Assembly (NCBI RefSeq): GCF_031769215.1
Contig: NW_026782772.1
Location: 1 to 64,000, forward strand
Source: Ylistrum balloti
Taxonomy: Eukaryota
Length of the DNA: 64,000 nt
Direction of reading: 5' to 3'
Position 1 is the first letter of the stretch; each line of letters starts with the position of its first letter. Made by a program: the position numbers and the translations under genes. Positions 1-11,680 of this stretch are shown piece by piece. The notes under the pieces were generated by a model. That model was not told the DNA's origin and searched no databases. It worked only from the letters and a program-made list of their open reading frames with translations.

Positions 1-465
1 TTTCATATGAAAGAGTGGGAAAAAGTCAAAGTATTTAATGGTCAATATAAATGTAAATTTGTAGAAAAAAATAGAACTAATTATCAAATTATTTATTACT
101 TTCATTTTTTGGGTTTTTGTTTTTCAAAGTAAGATGATTGATTCCATTCAGTGTTTCTATATGTATATGGTATATATTTTCCATAGCATGCAGTGAACTT
201 TTATATTTATTTAGAAAAAGTCGAAGTACTGTTGTGTGATTTATCACAAAATAAGAACCATTCAATGTTTCATTTATTACTATACAATGACGACATGTGT
301 TACAGGCAACATACATGTCTGCCAAAAATATCTCAAATCTGAATAGACATATAATGTGAATTTAAAAAAATAAAACTTGTTTTTAATTCAGTACATGGAT
401 ATCAAATAATACAATTCAAGATATGGTTGCATATCATAAATGCAAGCAAACATTTTTCTAGTTCT

Positions 466-615
466 TGTAATGATAACTCATAAGATGGCGGACTGTGAAC
501 AAGTGTTTTATTCCCATAACGAGGCTCACACAAGAACCTATGACGTAACACACAATACAAGTTATACTAATAACTGCAATAATTAGATGAACAACATGCG
601 TGTGATATCATTACA
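466..615 (-). repeat. 3' LTR of Gypsy A (150 bp)
   Basis: Matches 4580-4733 except for a 4-bp CA-repeat length difference; preceded on the minus strand by PPT AAAAAAAAAGGGAGA. Confidence 0.95.
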
Positions 616-795
616 TCTCCCTTTTTTTTTGTTTTTTTGTTTTTGAGATAATTCATAATTATTAATACACTATTCATTATTATCAATATGCTATTATGTT
701 ATATAGTGTTACTATTAATGAATAAACAATTAAAATTTAGAAAAATGTTTCATTAACAGTTCATTAACAGTCTATATTTTTTAACAAAACAAAAA

Positions 796-3700
796 TTAAT
801 TTGAAACAGCTGGCTTTGAAGATTCCTGGCTGAGGTTTTTTGGATGGTCAAGGTCCTCGCGATACAACTCGGGTTGTATTTCACTACTATTTGGAATATC
901 AAGTTGGTATTCATGATGTTTAACCTGAGGATTGACATCAAGCTGTTTCTTGGTAAAATGTTCTTTTGACCGAAGAATGTGATTGGAGTTTCGTCGATAA
1001 GCCCTGCCTTGTGAGTTCACAATGTATGAGCGTGGTGTCCTTTGCGACTACGCGTCCAGGTATCCAGGGAGAATTACCAGGTTTGATTCGGACTCTGACA
1101 TTTTGTCCGATTTCAAATGGAGTTGCTTCCCTTGCTCCAATGTCATGGTAATGTTTCTGAAGTAATCTTTTACTTTCCAAATTTTCCTTCACATTTACAA
1201 CTAGTTCTGGTTTCAACAATGTTTCTGATGTAGGTAACAGAGTCTTGGTTCTTCGACTCATGAGTCTCTGTGCCGGTGATCCTAGGTTCGAGTCTCTGGG
1301 TGTACTCCTGTGATCCAATAGGGCCAAGTATGGATCTCGCCCATCTTGTTTAGCCTTTTTTAGAAGCTTTTTGACAGTTTGCACAGCCTTTTCGGCCATT
1401 CCATTAGATTGTGGAAACATAGGACTTGAGGTCCTGTGTTCGAACCCAAACTCCTTGGTGAATCTCTGAAATTCCCGACAATCAAACTGAGGACCATTAT
1501 CAGTAATAAGTAATTCTGGTATTCCATGGCGTGCAAACTGTGATTTGCAGTTGATGATAACGGTTTCGCTCCTGGTATCCTTCAACTTTGACACTTCAAA
1601 GAATTCTGAATAATAATCTACTAGAACTAAGAAATGATCACCATCTATCTGACACAAATCACCACCCACTTTCGACCATGGTCTCAATGGAACTTCATGA
1701 GGTATGAGTGGTTCTTTTGGCTTGCTCATCCTGTTTTCCTGACAAATAGCACAGCGCGACACTACATCAGATATATCTTTGGACATTTTGGGCCAAAATA
1801 TAACATCACTAGCCCTTTGCCTACACTTTTCTACACCTAAGTGAGATTCATGAATTTTTCCAAACATTTCACATCTCATAGCACTTGGAATAACAGGCCT
1901 TTCACCTTTTAAGATCACACCATTTCGTACACTAAGCTCATCACGAAAATTCCAGTAATCTAAAGCTGGTGACGGAACATCTGACCTGTTGTCCGGCCAT
2001 CCGAGTAGAATTAGTGATTTAACAATTTTCAGGGATGGATCTTTCTCTGTTTCCTTGCTGATCTTGTTAAATTTTTCGTCAGAGACTGCTGATACACTAA
2101 GAACTTCGTAGTCATCCTCCAGTTTTGTTGTGTCGCCAACTTCAGGCAAGTGTGCTCTACTCAAGGCATCTGCGACATGGAGTTCTTTTCCTGGTACATA
2201 CTTTATGTCAAGGTCGTATGGTTGAATCTTCAATAGCATTTTCTGCAGTCTGGTTGGTGCTAAGTAGAGTGGCTTCCTCACTATGATTTCAAGTGGTTTA
2301 TGATCAGTCTGTACAGAAACTTTCTTTCCGTAAATGTATTGGTGGAATTTGCTTGTGCCAAACACTATTGCCAACATCTCCTTCTCTATTTGAGCATAAT
2401 GTTTTGTGCGGTTGTGAGAGATTTTGACGCATATGCCACTGGCTGGTTGTTTTGTAATAGCACTGCTCCAAGTCCTGTTGAGGACGCGTCGACTGACAAT
2501 GTTACTGGTTGTTTAACGTCGTAAAACTTGAGCACAGGTGCCTCACTTACGAGATCTTTCAGCCGTTTGTAGCTATTTTGTTGTGATTGGCCCCAATCCC
2601 AGCAAACGTCATTTTCCAGAAGTTGCCGAAGTGGTGCGCTAACTTCTGCCAGGTTTGGTATAAACTTAGCAACATATTGAACCATACCCATAAATCTCAT
2701 CAATCCTGCCTTGTCTTCAGGGTCAGGCATTTCCTGTATTGCTTTCACTTTCTCCGCATCTGATTTCAAACCCTGAGCGCTGAGTGTATGTCCAATATAG
2801 TTTAATTCTGTGGCTGCTATCTGGCATTTTGACTTGTTCAGTTTCACATTAGCTTTCCTAGCCGTTTCTAGTGCTGAACGTAGCCTAGCATCATGTTGTT
2901 CACGTGTCTCACCCCAAATAAGGATATCATTCACTATTGTTTCGACACCATCCAAGTCCTTGAAAACTTCTGACATGGCTCTCTGGAATACTTCAGGTGC
3001 ACTTGATATACCAAATGGTACTCTGAGGAACTTATAACGTCCGAAAGGTGTGTTGAATGTGCACAAGTTACTGCTTGGCTCGTCTAGCACAATTTGCCAA
3101 AATCCTGACTCCGCGTCGAATTTTGAGAAGTACTTGGCGTTTGCTACTTTAGCTGTGACGTCATCTATCGTTTTCATAGGAAAGTGTTCTCTTTTAATTG
3201 CCTTGTTCAGATCTTTGGGGTCAATACAGATCCTGAGTTTATTGTTTGATTTTTTCACTACCACCATCGAGTTAACCCAGCCGGTTGGCTCATGTACTTT
3301 CTCAACTACGCCTAATTTCTCCATCCTGTCAAGTTCCTGTTTTACTTGGTCATGTACTGCTAACGGTACTTTGCGTGGAGGGTGAACAACCGGTTTCACT
3401 GTAGGGTCTATTTCAATATGATGTTTGTAGAATGATCCTTGTAATCCACTAAAAACATCTGAATATTCCTTCAGGATATCTGTGTTTTGTTTTGTTTCTG
3501 TGCTAACAGCATCAACTTTCTTTACAAGATTCAACTCTTGACATGACAAAAGTCCAATAACAGGGGTGACGTCTTGCTCAACGACATGACAATCTAGCAC
3601 GTAGTATCTATTCTTGTACTCGCACTGAACCATTGCACGACCAACGGTTTGAATTCTCTCCCCTGTCAGTGTATACAGTTTTTTGACATTCTTTCTACTC

Positions 3701-4563
3701 ACTGTTTTTCCACCTGCAGCTATGTAGTCTTTTTTCGAGATCACATTACACTGAGCCCCTGTGTCTATTTTAAATTTCACAGATTTGTTTTTCAGTCGAA
3801 GGTTTACAAACCATTCATCATTATTTGTCACTGACTCTGTGCTGACTTTGTCCACTTGTACAGTTCCAATAAACAGATCTTCAGTGTCATCGTGTGTATC
3901 TATTACCTGTACCTTTCCCTTTCTATCTGGATTCTCATATTGCGACTTACCCGTTTGTGCCGACTTTGACATGCCGCCTCGTGTCTGTTTCTGTTTCACC
4001 ACGTGGACCAATTTATCATCTTCACTGGTTAGTGATTTCAACTGTGATGCACTCATTTCACTAGCACGACAAATGTCAATAGCTTTCTTGAGATTTAGAT
4101 CAGAGTCTCTCAACAGTCTTGCCCTTATTGTTTCATCTCGAACCCCACATACCAGTCTGTCCTTGATCAAGCTATCACAGAGGTCACCGAACTCGCACGT
4201 GGTCGCCCTTGTCCTCAACTCTGTAACATACTGGCCTATCGTTTCTACCGCCTGCTGATTTCGAGTGAAGAACACGTGCCGTTCAAATGTTACATTTTTA
4301 CGAGGATTACAATACTGCTGAAACTTATCTGTAACAGGTTCCATTTTCTCTTGATCACCTTCGTTGTCGAACTTGAAAGTGTTGAAAACTTCCAGCGCAT
4401 CTGTGCCGATCACATGGAGAAACGTTGCCGTTTGGATTTTCTCATCCTTTTTATCGATCCCTTACGCAGTAAGGTACAACTGAAATCTTTGGTACCACTT
4501 CCGCCAATTTTCTGACAAGTTCCCGTCCATCTTTAGTCCTTCAGGAGGCTTTAATTGGTCCAT
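796..4563 (-). pseudogene. Disrupted gag-pol of Gypsy A (PR, RT, RNase H, integrase)
   Basis: Starts MDQLKPPEG at 4563; in-frame TAA at 4462-4464; protease KIDTGAQ; RT IVNDILI; frameshift near 2400 (KSLTTAQ/YAQIEKE); integrase HHCC plus D-D-E (VGGDL, ITDNGP, MAEKAV); further frameshift near 1030. Confidence 0.93.
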
Positions 4564-4579
4564 TTTTACTCTGACACCA

Positions 4580-4733
4580 TGTAATGATAACTCATAAGAT
4601 GGCGGACTGTGAACAAGTGTTTTATTCCCATAACGAGGCTCACACAAGAACCTATGACGTAACACACACACAATACAAGTTATACTAATAACTGCAATAA
4701 TTAGATGAACAACATGCGTGTGATATCATTACA
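4580..4733 (-). repeat. 5' LTR of Gypsy A (154 bp)
   Basis: Direct repeat of 466-615; followed on the minus strand by PBS TGGTGTCAG (4571-4579). Confidence 0.95.
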
Positions 4734-5344
4734 GTTCTGGAATATATATATTCAGTTTAACATATACAAATGTACACGCATTTCTGCTGGATTCTTAATG
4801 ATTATTTTTAGTAAGATTGAAATATAACTGCACAGTAATACTTCTTTTCTTTCATTCTACAGCACGTGCACATTTCTACTTCAAGCATTATAGATCTTAA
4901 GACAATTTTCAGCACAAAATGATTTAAGTACCACATTAAGCTGTGTATTAATTTCAACTGCTATTACATCAACAGAATCAAACATAACCCATAGAAAATA
5001 ACTGATTAGAAAAAATGGAAATCTCCTTCCTGGAGTTGTAAAATATTAACTGCATGCCCTTATTGCTCACATAACGTCTAAAACTAAAAATTTGACAGCA
5101 ATTTTTGAAATTGTGTCCCATTGTTAGCTGCACAGAAAAGTTCAATGTCATTTCATGTTAGAAGTGGACATTTATCACTTCGATGACCATTTTGTTTACA
5201 GAGACTACATTTCACCGTCCAGTCTTTCCCTCTTTTTGCTGACTCCAACATGAACATTATATTTTGCTTTTCAAAACTTTGTCTGAGAGTAACATTTCCC
5301 TTGTAATTGGTTGCTCGAAAGTATTGTTTAGTAATGTTGTCATT

Positions 5345-5901
5345 AGTTTTGTAATATACAAATGTTACATTATAAGTGATCAGAAATCAAAACCAGTAAG
5401 CCTAATAAATATTCTAAAGCAAAAAATTGATATCTATCTTGAATGTATTAAATATAAAAAGAAAAAAAAATCCCTCTATTCTATACAACTTCTTTCATCT
5501 GCTGTGACTTTTCATCCAAATTCAGGATTCATCCTCGAGCTAACTAGGGCTGGATGGCTTTAGGCCGACCGCATATATAGCCTAAGGCTAACGTAAACAA
5601 CACGTCACGTGATCATGACCCCAAGATTTCTGCTTGATAAATCCTCCACTCTTTAAGCCCTTTACACATAATTCTGAAATAAATAAAAACTTCATTAAAC
5701 TAAACTTATAACTAAAATTTCTTAAACAAATGTGTACCAAATTCCAACTTACAGTAGATTACACAGCCACATGTAACGCTAGCCCCCCTGACAACAGGCT
5801 ACACTGTGCAGTCAAAGCGCTACAAGGATACAAACTAAACCCTGATAGCGCGGCAATATTTACACTTTATAGGTTTTATGAAATGCAGATAAACACAAAA
5901 C

Positions 5902-5937
<36 letters not shown>

Positions 5938-6937
5938 CGATATCGAACAACTATTATTCAAATTACCTTATTATCTGGAGTCCATGTGCTCCTACCGTTA
6001 GGTCACAGTTTACCGCTGTTCACTCAGGGAAATCGTGGGCGCGTTCGGTACAGTAGAACACGGATTGGTAAAAGCAGAACACTAAATTCTATCGTTTAAT
6101 TTTGATGATATTTATTTGAAACTTGAGTATGTTATAAGTGTATAAGGAAAGAGCGAACAGTGAGAGACGAGAACCATTGTGTGATGGATGAATGACCTCC
6201 TGCGTGGGGACAATTAATGTACAGAGGCTGACCCCAGGGCCCCAACCCTGGCAGCTCTCTTTGATATTTATTTTTTTTTTAAATAAATAAAAAAACACAT
6301 AAGGAAATATCCAAGATGGAGGACATTTGGATTGACAAAGCTGTACATGTTCAGTATCATCGATGCTGATGCCGAAGACGCATACCCTTTACGATATTTG
6401 TTAACTTGTTATTTTTTCTGGCTGTTTTGTAATGCCAGATAAAGATATATTGTAAATGAGCAGTTACAAAAACGTTTTGTAGTTTTTGTTCAACTGGAAA
6501 GTGCACTTCATCATAACTTTCCCAACTTATGATATTTTACATGTTGCAGTTGTTTCTTTATTTTGGTCATGTTTTCAATATCACGTTTTTAAGATTTCAC
6601 ACAAGGTTTCGAGTGGTGCAGGTTCATGACTTGGAAGGTTCATAGTCGACATAGAGGTCTCATTCGGTAATATTCTACTTCCTTCTGTGATATGAAATCG
6701 AGCGAGTTTGATGTTCATAAGTATACCTAATAGTTCCATTGTTTGTATTTTCATTTAGGAACATGATAATACTTACTTGGGTTGATGAAGATTTACATGT
6801 CCTTCTTTTCCCTAGTTTTATTGAATTTGAGTTTGGTATGTGATTCTGTTGACAAATTGGTGTTTTCTGTGTTGTTTTAAAACACCACATATAAATGTTA
6901 TTTAGGAATAAAAATCGAAGAAGAAAAAAAGAAAAAA
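5345..6937 (+). mobile_element. 1.6-kb insertion with 15-bp TSD and A-rich 3' end (probable TPRT product)
   Basis: AGTAATGTTGTCATT at 5330-5344 and 6938-6952; AATAAA at 6907 followed by GAAGAAGAAAAAAAGAAAAAA; removing it restores the transposase frame. Confidence 0.8.
5907..5935. repeat. (TA)n microsatellite
   Basis: Direct read. Confidence 0.95.
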
Positions 6938-8938
6938 AGTAATGTTGTCATTGGCCTTTTCAAGACCTTGCTGGGTAAAACTGACCAAATTCCCATGCAA
7001 ATGTATCGAGTCCACTACATGATATCGCAATAAATGCATGTACAGAGTGACATCTTTACACTGGTAAGTGGTGGTGTACTTGGAAAACCAAGATATGATG
7101 TTTTCTTGCAAAATAGCTGGATCAGGAGAGCTAGATTTAAGCATACTATGTATAGTTTTAAATCCATTCCAGACATTTTGAATGTCACTTATTCTTTCGG
7201 ACTCGAATCCTAAAACTTCTATAACTAGTTCTTGTAATAAAGCTTCTTTCTCAGGGCCTTGAAGCTCTGTGTGTTGCAGTTTTGAAGTATCTTTGTGTAC
7301 ATGAAGCACCAATATTTTCCAGCATTCTCAGTTCTGATACTAAAAGGGCAATCAGCTTATCCATAATTCTGAGAAACATGTGCAAGTTATCATCACAACA
7401 TTATGCAAAGGTATGCAATCAAACAGAGGTTTGTTTGTCATTGAAAATTGTGTTTTGGATTACCTACTCCAGTTTCATTATAATTTATCCTTGCACCATT
7501 ACTTGCATCAGATAGAGACCATATCTTGTCCATTTTGCCTCTCTCTTGCCTACTACACTTACAATAAATAGTTATGCCTACTACACTTACAATAAATACA
7601 GTTATAAGTAGCCTGGATAGAAGTTATGCCTGTTAACTGGAGAAATTTATGATCCCCTCCAAGAAATATTTTGATTTTAAAGGTGTTGTCACCAATACTC
7701 AGTTCAGCCCCCTGCAAATCACTGATGTCCTTTTTAAGGTCAGAAACAACAACTGACAGTTCTTCATACCGTTCTTAAGTCTGAACTATAATAAGGGGAT
7801 AATGCCCCTATGCTGATCCACACCTTTCCTCGTTCATTATTGTGAAAGTGAAATCTTTACAATTCAAATGCTTACCTACTCTAGTGCCATCCCCTGACAC
7901 CTTTATGCTCAAAACACCATTATTTTTAGGAAAATTCTTATCTCTGTTTGTTAGCTCTGAAACTACAATCTTCAATTGTTTACCGAGCGACTGCTGTACT
8001 CCAAGACCATCAGGTGTATCAAACAATTCAAATGTACTGTTGAAAGCTGCTACATACTGGGACAGCTTATAGCTATGAGGTAAATTCTTAAACAGCATGC
8101 TGATCTCAGAGTACGCTTGTCTACAAATATTATAAGAGTCCTTATATGTAAACAAGAGTATTGATCTGTGAGGCATCAAAATCATCCACTAGGAAAAGAG
8201 TTTCCTTTTTGCTATTTCTGACAACAGAAACAGAAACAGGTTTACATCCTGAATTCTCTAATACAAACAAAGATTCCTTACAACATTCTACTTCTAGCTT
8301 TCTAACCTTTGACTGATGTGAAGGTGTAGTTTTCAAATGGTTTTCTGCTGGAAAGTTTACATTCTGGCTTATTTTGTTCATTATTTTCCTTCGATATCGA
8401 TAAAGTACTAGATGTGTTCAGTTTCTCCACAAATTTTTCCTTTGTAACAAAAGCAAACTTTTCTTTAAGATTCAGGTTTTCTTTCAATAGATTTTCCTTT
8501 TCAGCTACAGTTTTTTCCAACTGTTCTGTCAGTGCATGTCTATCAAGAAAACAATCTAATCTAAAATGCAGTTTCTCAAGAGATTTCAAGTAACTATTAT
8601 ACTGCCGTCCTCCCTTTTACCTTTGATTCTCAGCTTGTAAAGCTCCTTCTTGAGCTGCTTTTCATGTTTTGGTTTGAACAACAATTTCAGACATAAATGA
8701 TCCTCTAAGCTGGATTTAAAGCTACTGAAGCATTTTGCAATACATTCATTCCAAAATTTTTCTTTTAAAATTGAGAAGAGAATAAATTTCTGTATAAGCA
8801 TGTTGAAAATCTAAAGGTACAACAAATAATGGATGAAAGGCAATGATAACTGCAGGCAAACAGATCACCTTAACTGTAGCTTAATAAAACAAAGCCCTGT
8901 TTGACTGTCCATTGCAATACCGTTTCATACTCTTAAAA

Positions 8939-9346
8939 TTATGAAATATCATAATTTAAGAGTTTTTGGAAATCGTTGGCATTTCCAGGGCAACGGACAA
9001 AAGACAGCACCAATGAATAGCCCCTGTTTAAAGCACTTTCCTCCACGTGATCTGGGAATACAATAAAATCTTTCAATGTTTTCCTTTCATACACCCACAG
9101 GCGCAGAGTGTTTGTTTTGACATAAAAGCTGTCCCCTTGTACATTGATCAGCCTGTAGTCCAAGCCCTGACCAAGAACAGGCTCAAGGTCTCTCCTTGTT
9201 TGTATAGTGAATACACTTCTTATAGTAATTTTACACAGCTTCCCCCTACAGGTAAAAAAATTGGCTGCATCCTTTGAGGGGATGGGGATTCTTATGTAAA
9301 CCAAGGAATCATTGAACCCTGACAAAGCTTCCTTAAGCTGGACCCT
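8939..9346 (-). CDS. Probable exon of unknown function upstream of the RAG1-like transposase
   Basis: Open frame behind a pyrimidine tract plus AG acceptor; protein-like sequence IQTRRDLEPVLGQGLDYRLINVQGDSFYVK..YSLVLSFVR. Confidence 0.45.
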   Translation of the reverse strand, partial: RVQLKEALSGFNDSLVYIRIPIPSKDAANFFTCRGKLCKITIRSVFTIQTRRDLEPVLGQGLDYRLINVQGDSFYVKTNTLRLWVYERKTLKDFIVFPDHVEESALNRGYSLVLSFVRCPGNANDFQKLLNYDIS

Positions 9347-9836
9347 AGTAAAGAAAAAAAACAAACATGTAACAGAAATTGTTCAAAATCTGATTTTCAT
9401 CAATTAATACTGACATTCAATGACAAAAGTACTCATTTTTAGGATCAAAGTTTGACAACCCCTCAATTAAATTTCTCTTCCCTCCTCTGAAAATGTTTAT
9501 CCAAATCAGGACAATCATGTGTCAAAACCAAAGGATTTCATAAGTAATCAATCACTGTGACTTTAACCATGATGAATTCAAGTTAATCCCGCTAAAACCC
9601 TATTTAAGATCTAGAGGCTAATAACCACTACATTGTGCTAAATAACTTCAATGCACTAATAAGCATTAACAACTTCATGAACTAAAACTTTCAAATTAAA
9701 ATACACCATTATTTGTTATAAATAGTCTATTTAATCTTTGACTGGCTTTTGACCAAGGACCTGAAAACTTTTACTTATGATCATAACGTTAAAGATCTAT
9801 ACTTGTGTGTTAGATTGTAAAGTTGAAATTACATAC

Positions 9837-9897
9837 CTGTATCACATTTTTCAAGTGGCTGTGCCATGCATAATTCTCATCATTTGGTGGTATTACT
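9837..9897 (-). CDS. Putative 61-bp exon (VIPPNDENYAWHSHLKNVIQ)
   Basis: TTTTTTGTACAG acceptor and CAG|GTATGT donor; only one frame open; phase does not directly match the 9346 exon. Confidence 0.35.
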
Positions 9898-10119
9898 CTG
9901 TACAAAAAGAAATCAATGTTGAAGTTTTCATTTATGATGATCCTAAATATTAATTATCTAGGACCCCCAGTTTTAATCAAATGGTCCAAAGGACACTCAA
10001 AGTCAAAATTGGATGTAAAACCTGTTATGATCAAGGCCTATATTATGTGATAAGTATGCAAATATTAACTCCCAACCATATTAGAATTTGGTGTAAAATG
10101 AAGAGTACAGGTTAAATTT

Positions 10120-10200
10120 ACTAGCTCAGGCTAGCGGGAATTTTCCTTTAGACAGCAGCAGAGTGTCCGACTACAGTTTGAATCCTGTCAGGTGTGGGAT
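10120..10200 (+). repeat. Highly degenerate tRNA-derived/SINE-like sequence
   Basis: TAGCTCAG A-box-like motif and GTTTGAATCC B-box-like motif (10176-10185), followed by a T run. Confidence 0.3.
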
Positions 10201-10455
10201 TTTTTTTTTCATTATTCCTTTTTACATTGAAATAAACTTAATAAAGGAGAAAAAATAATTACATATTGAGTTTTGCGACAACGAATTCAAACTCCCCACA
10301 TCTATCTGGAACAATGCTGAGCAATTGTATCCAATATGCTCCACCATTTTCATTCCACATTGGCAATATTCCGAAGGTGGTGGTCTTGGACATCTCCTGG
10401 ACGATAATCTCATATCCGGCAAAGAGGTACTATATCTCGGGAATGAAAACGTTTT

Positions 10456-11016
10456 TCAAGATAAGATATGTGTGGTTGAAGATGGATAAGAGTGTCTGTG
10501 AGCTTTATCGCTGTATGATAAATCTTTAGTGATTTTGTTTTTGTGATCTAAATATTTAGGATTCATAAAACCCGACCCAGAAAAAGTTGACTGACGTCTT
10601 CCTCCAAACACATACGATGCTGAACGAGGCAAATCATATGTAAAGTCAGACACCCTGCTGTCTTTATCGCTACTTGATCTAGATATAAATGTAAGGCTAT
10701 CGTTGGAACAGGAACTCTCGGACAATGTCGACTTCAAAGTTTTCCTTTCAAAAAATGAGGATGGCAAATAATTCGACCGTGACAGTGCTGTGACCACGTG
10801 CTTTTTTGTTAAATATTGGGGGTATTTTTTTCCAGCTGCACCGTTTACAACACACTTTGCGTGAAGAATATCCTAGATAAAAGCATTTGGGTGCGCATCA
10901 GAAGGTTTATGCTTCATTTTGTTGAAGAAATGGTTGAAATTATTATATCCAACACACTGTATTAACAGAGTTTCAAACTCATCTATAGTTATGCAGCTGG
11001 GCTTCGGACAGTCCAT
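10456..11016 (-). pseudogene. Unassigned ~187-codon frame with one internal TAG
   Basis: ATG at 11016 (MDCPKPSCITIDEF..) reads into ORF 10456-10797 through a single in-frame stop; no family recognised. Confidence 0.25.
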
Positions 11017-11680
11017 CTTCGCTACTTTCTGGACTTAAATAAAAGAGTTCGCATTGAATAGCGATAACTCAATCAATGACAAAAAGTTCGTAACATGGTG
11101 CAGAATGATGTGACTGGAATTCGGGGTAACAGGTGGTTCGTGACTCATGCATGCGCAACTCTCATGCAATCTTTCACAGCTCGTGCTAATTTCGTGCGCG
11201 CTGGTGACAGAGATTATTGTACACCTGGTTACATATTCCCCTGCTTTGGAAAATGACTCCTGGCATTTCTGAACCCATAAATTCATCCTAGTTAATACAA
11301 ATTTAAATAGGACAAATGGACGATATACCGTCTGTTGTGCTAGCTACAACAAGGAAATCACTCCACAGAGCAGTCACAAGTTATTGGGAGTGCGGAGACC
11401 CTGTACTACGTTACTACACACTGAAGCCATGGAATTAGTAATATACTAATTATTAATTATCATGCTCTTACCTTCACAAGTAAAGGTAGTATTAACACCA
11501 AGTTTGATTATGAAGGTCAACCCCTGATAGTTTGTCATAACCACTAGAAAACGCGATATTAGTTAAAGGAAAATGAATGAATGGGTCATGATCCCCATCC
11601 AGTGGTTGGGGAAAGCCCTGGTATATGTAGGACAAGACTCCATATTAAAAAAATAGGGACAAAAACAATCAAATTACGTA

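Larger units (their letters stand above)
466..4733 (-). mobile_element. Gypsy A: complete Ty3/Gypsy (Mag-like) LTR retrotransposon
   Basis: LTRs 466-615 and 4580-4733 with TGTAATGATA..TATCATTACA ends; 5-bp TSD GTTCT (461-465, 4734-4738); PBS TGGTGTCAG next to the 5' LTR; purine tract next to the 3' LTR; gag-PR-RT-RH-IN order. Confidence 0.97.
5153..8800 (-). pseudogene. Decayed RAG1-core/Transib/Chapaev-like DDE transposase, split by an insertion at 5345-6937
   Basis: Motifs in RAG1 order: LSIKVSGDGTRVG (first Asp), FLGGDHKF..TGITSIQATYNCIYCKC (second Asp plus CxxC), LHMFLRIMDKL, VTLYMHLLRYHV..GNLVSFTQQGLEKAND (HxxxxH plus Glu). Continues after the insertion as NITKQYFRATN..CSLCKQNGHRSDKCP*. 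Several stops and frameshifts. Confidence 0.75.

Noticed and set aside
4462-4464. Stop-codon readthrough in Gypsy A gag
   Set aside because: TAA lies about 33 codons into gag, not at the gag-pol junction; treated as a nonsense mutation
4829-9559. RSS-like TIRs for the RAG1-like element (CACAGTA at ~4830, CACAGTG on the minus strand at ~9553-9559)
   Set aside because: Only 6-7 bp match, no nonamer and no TSD; expected by chance
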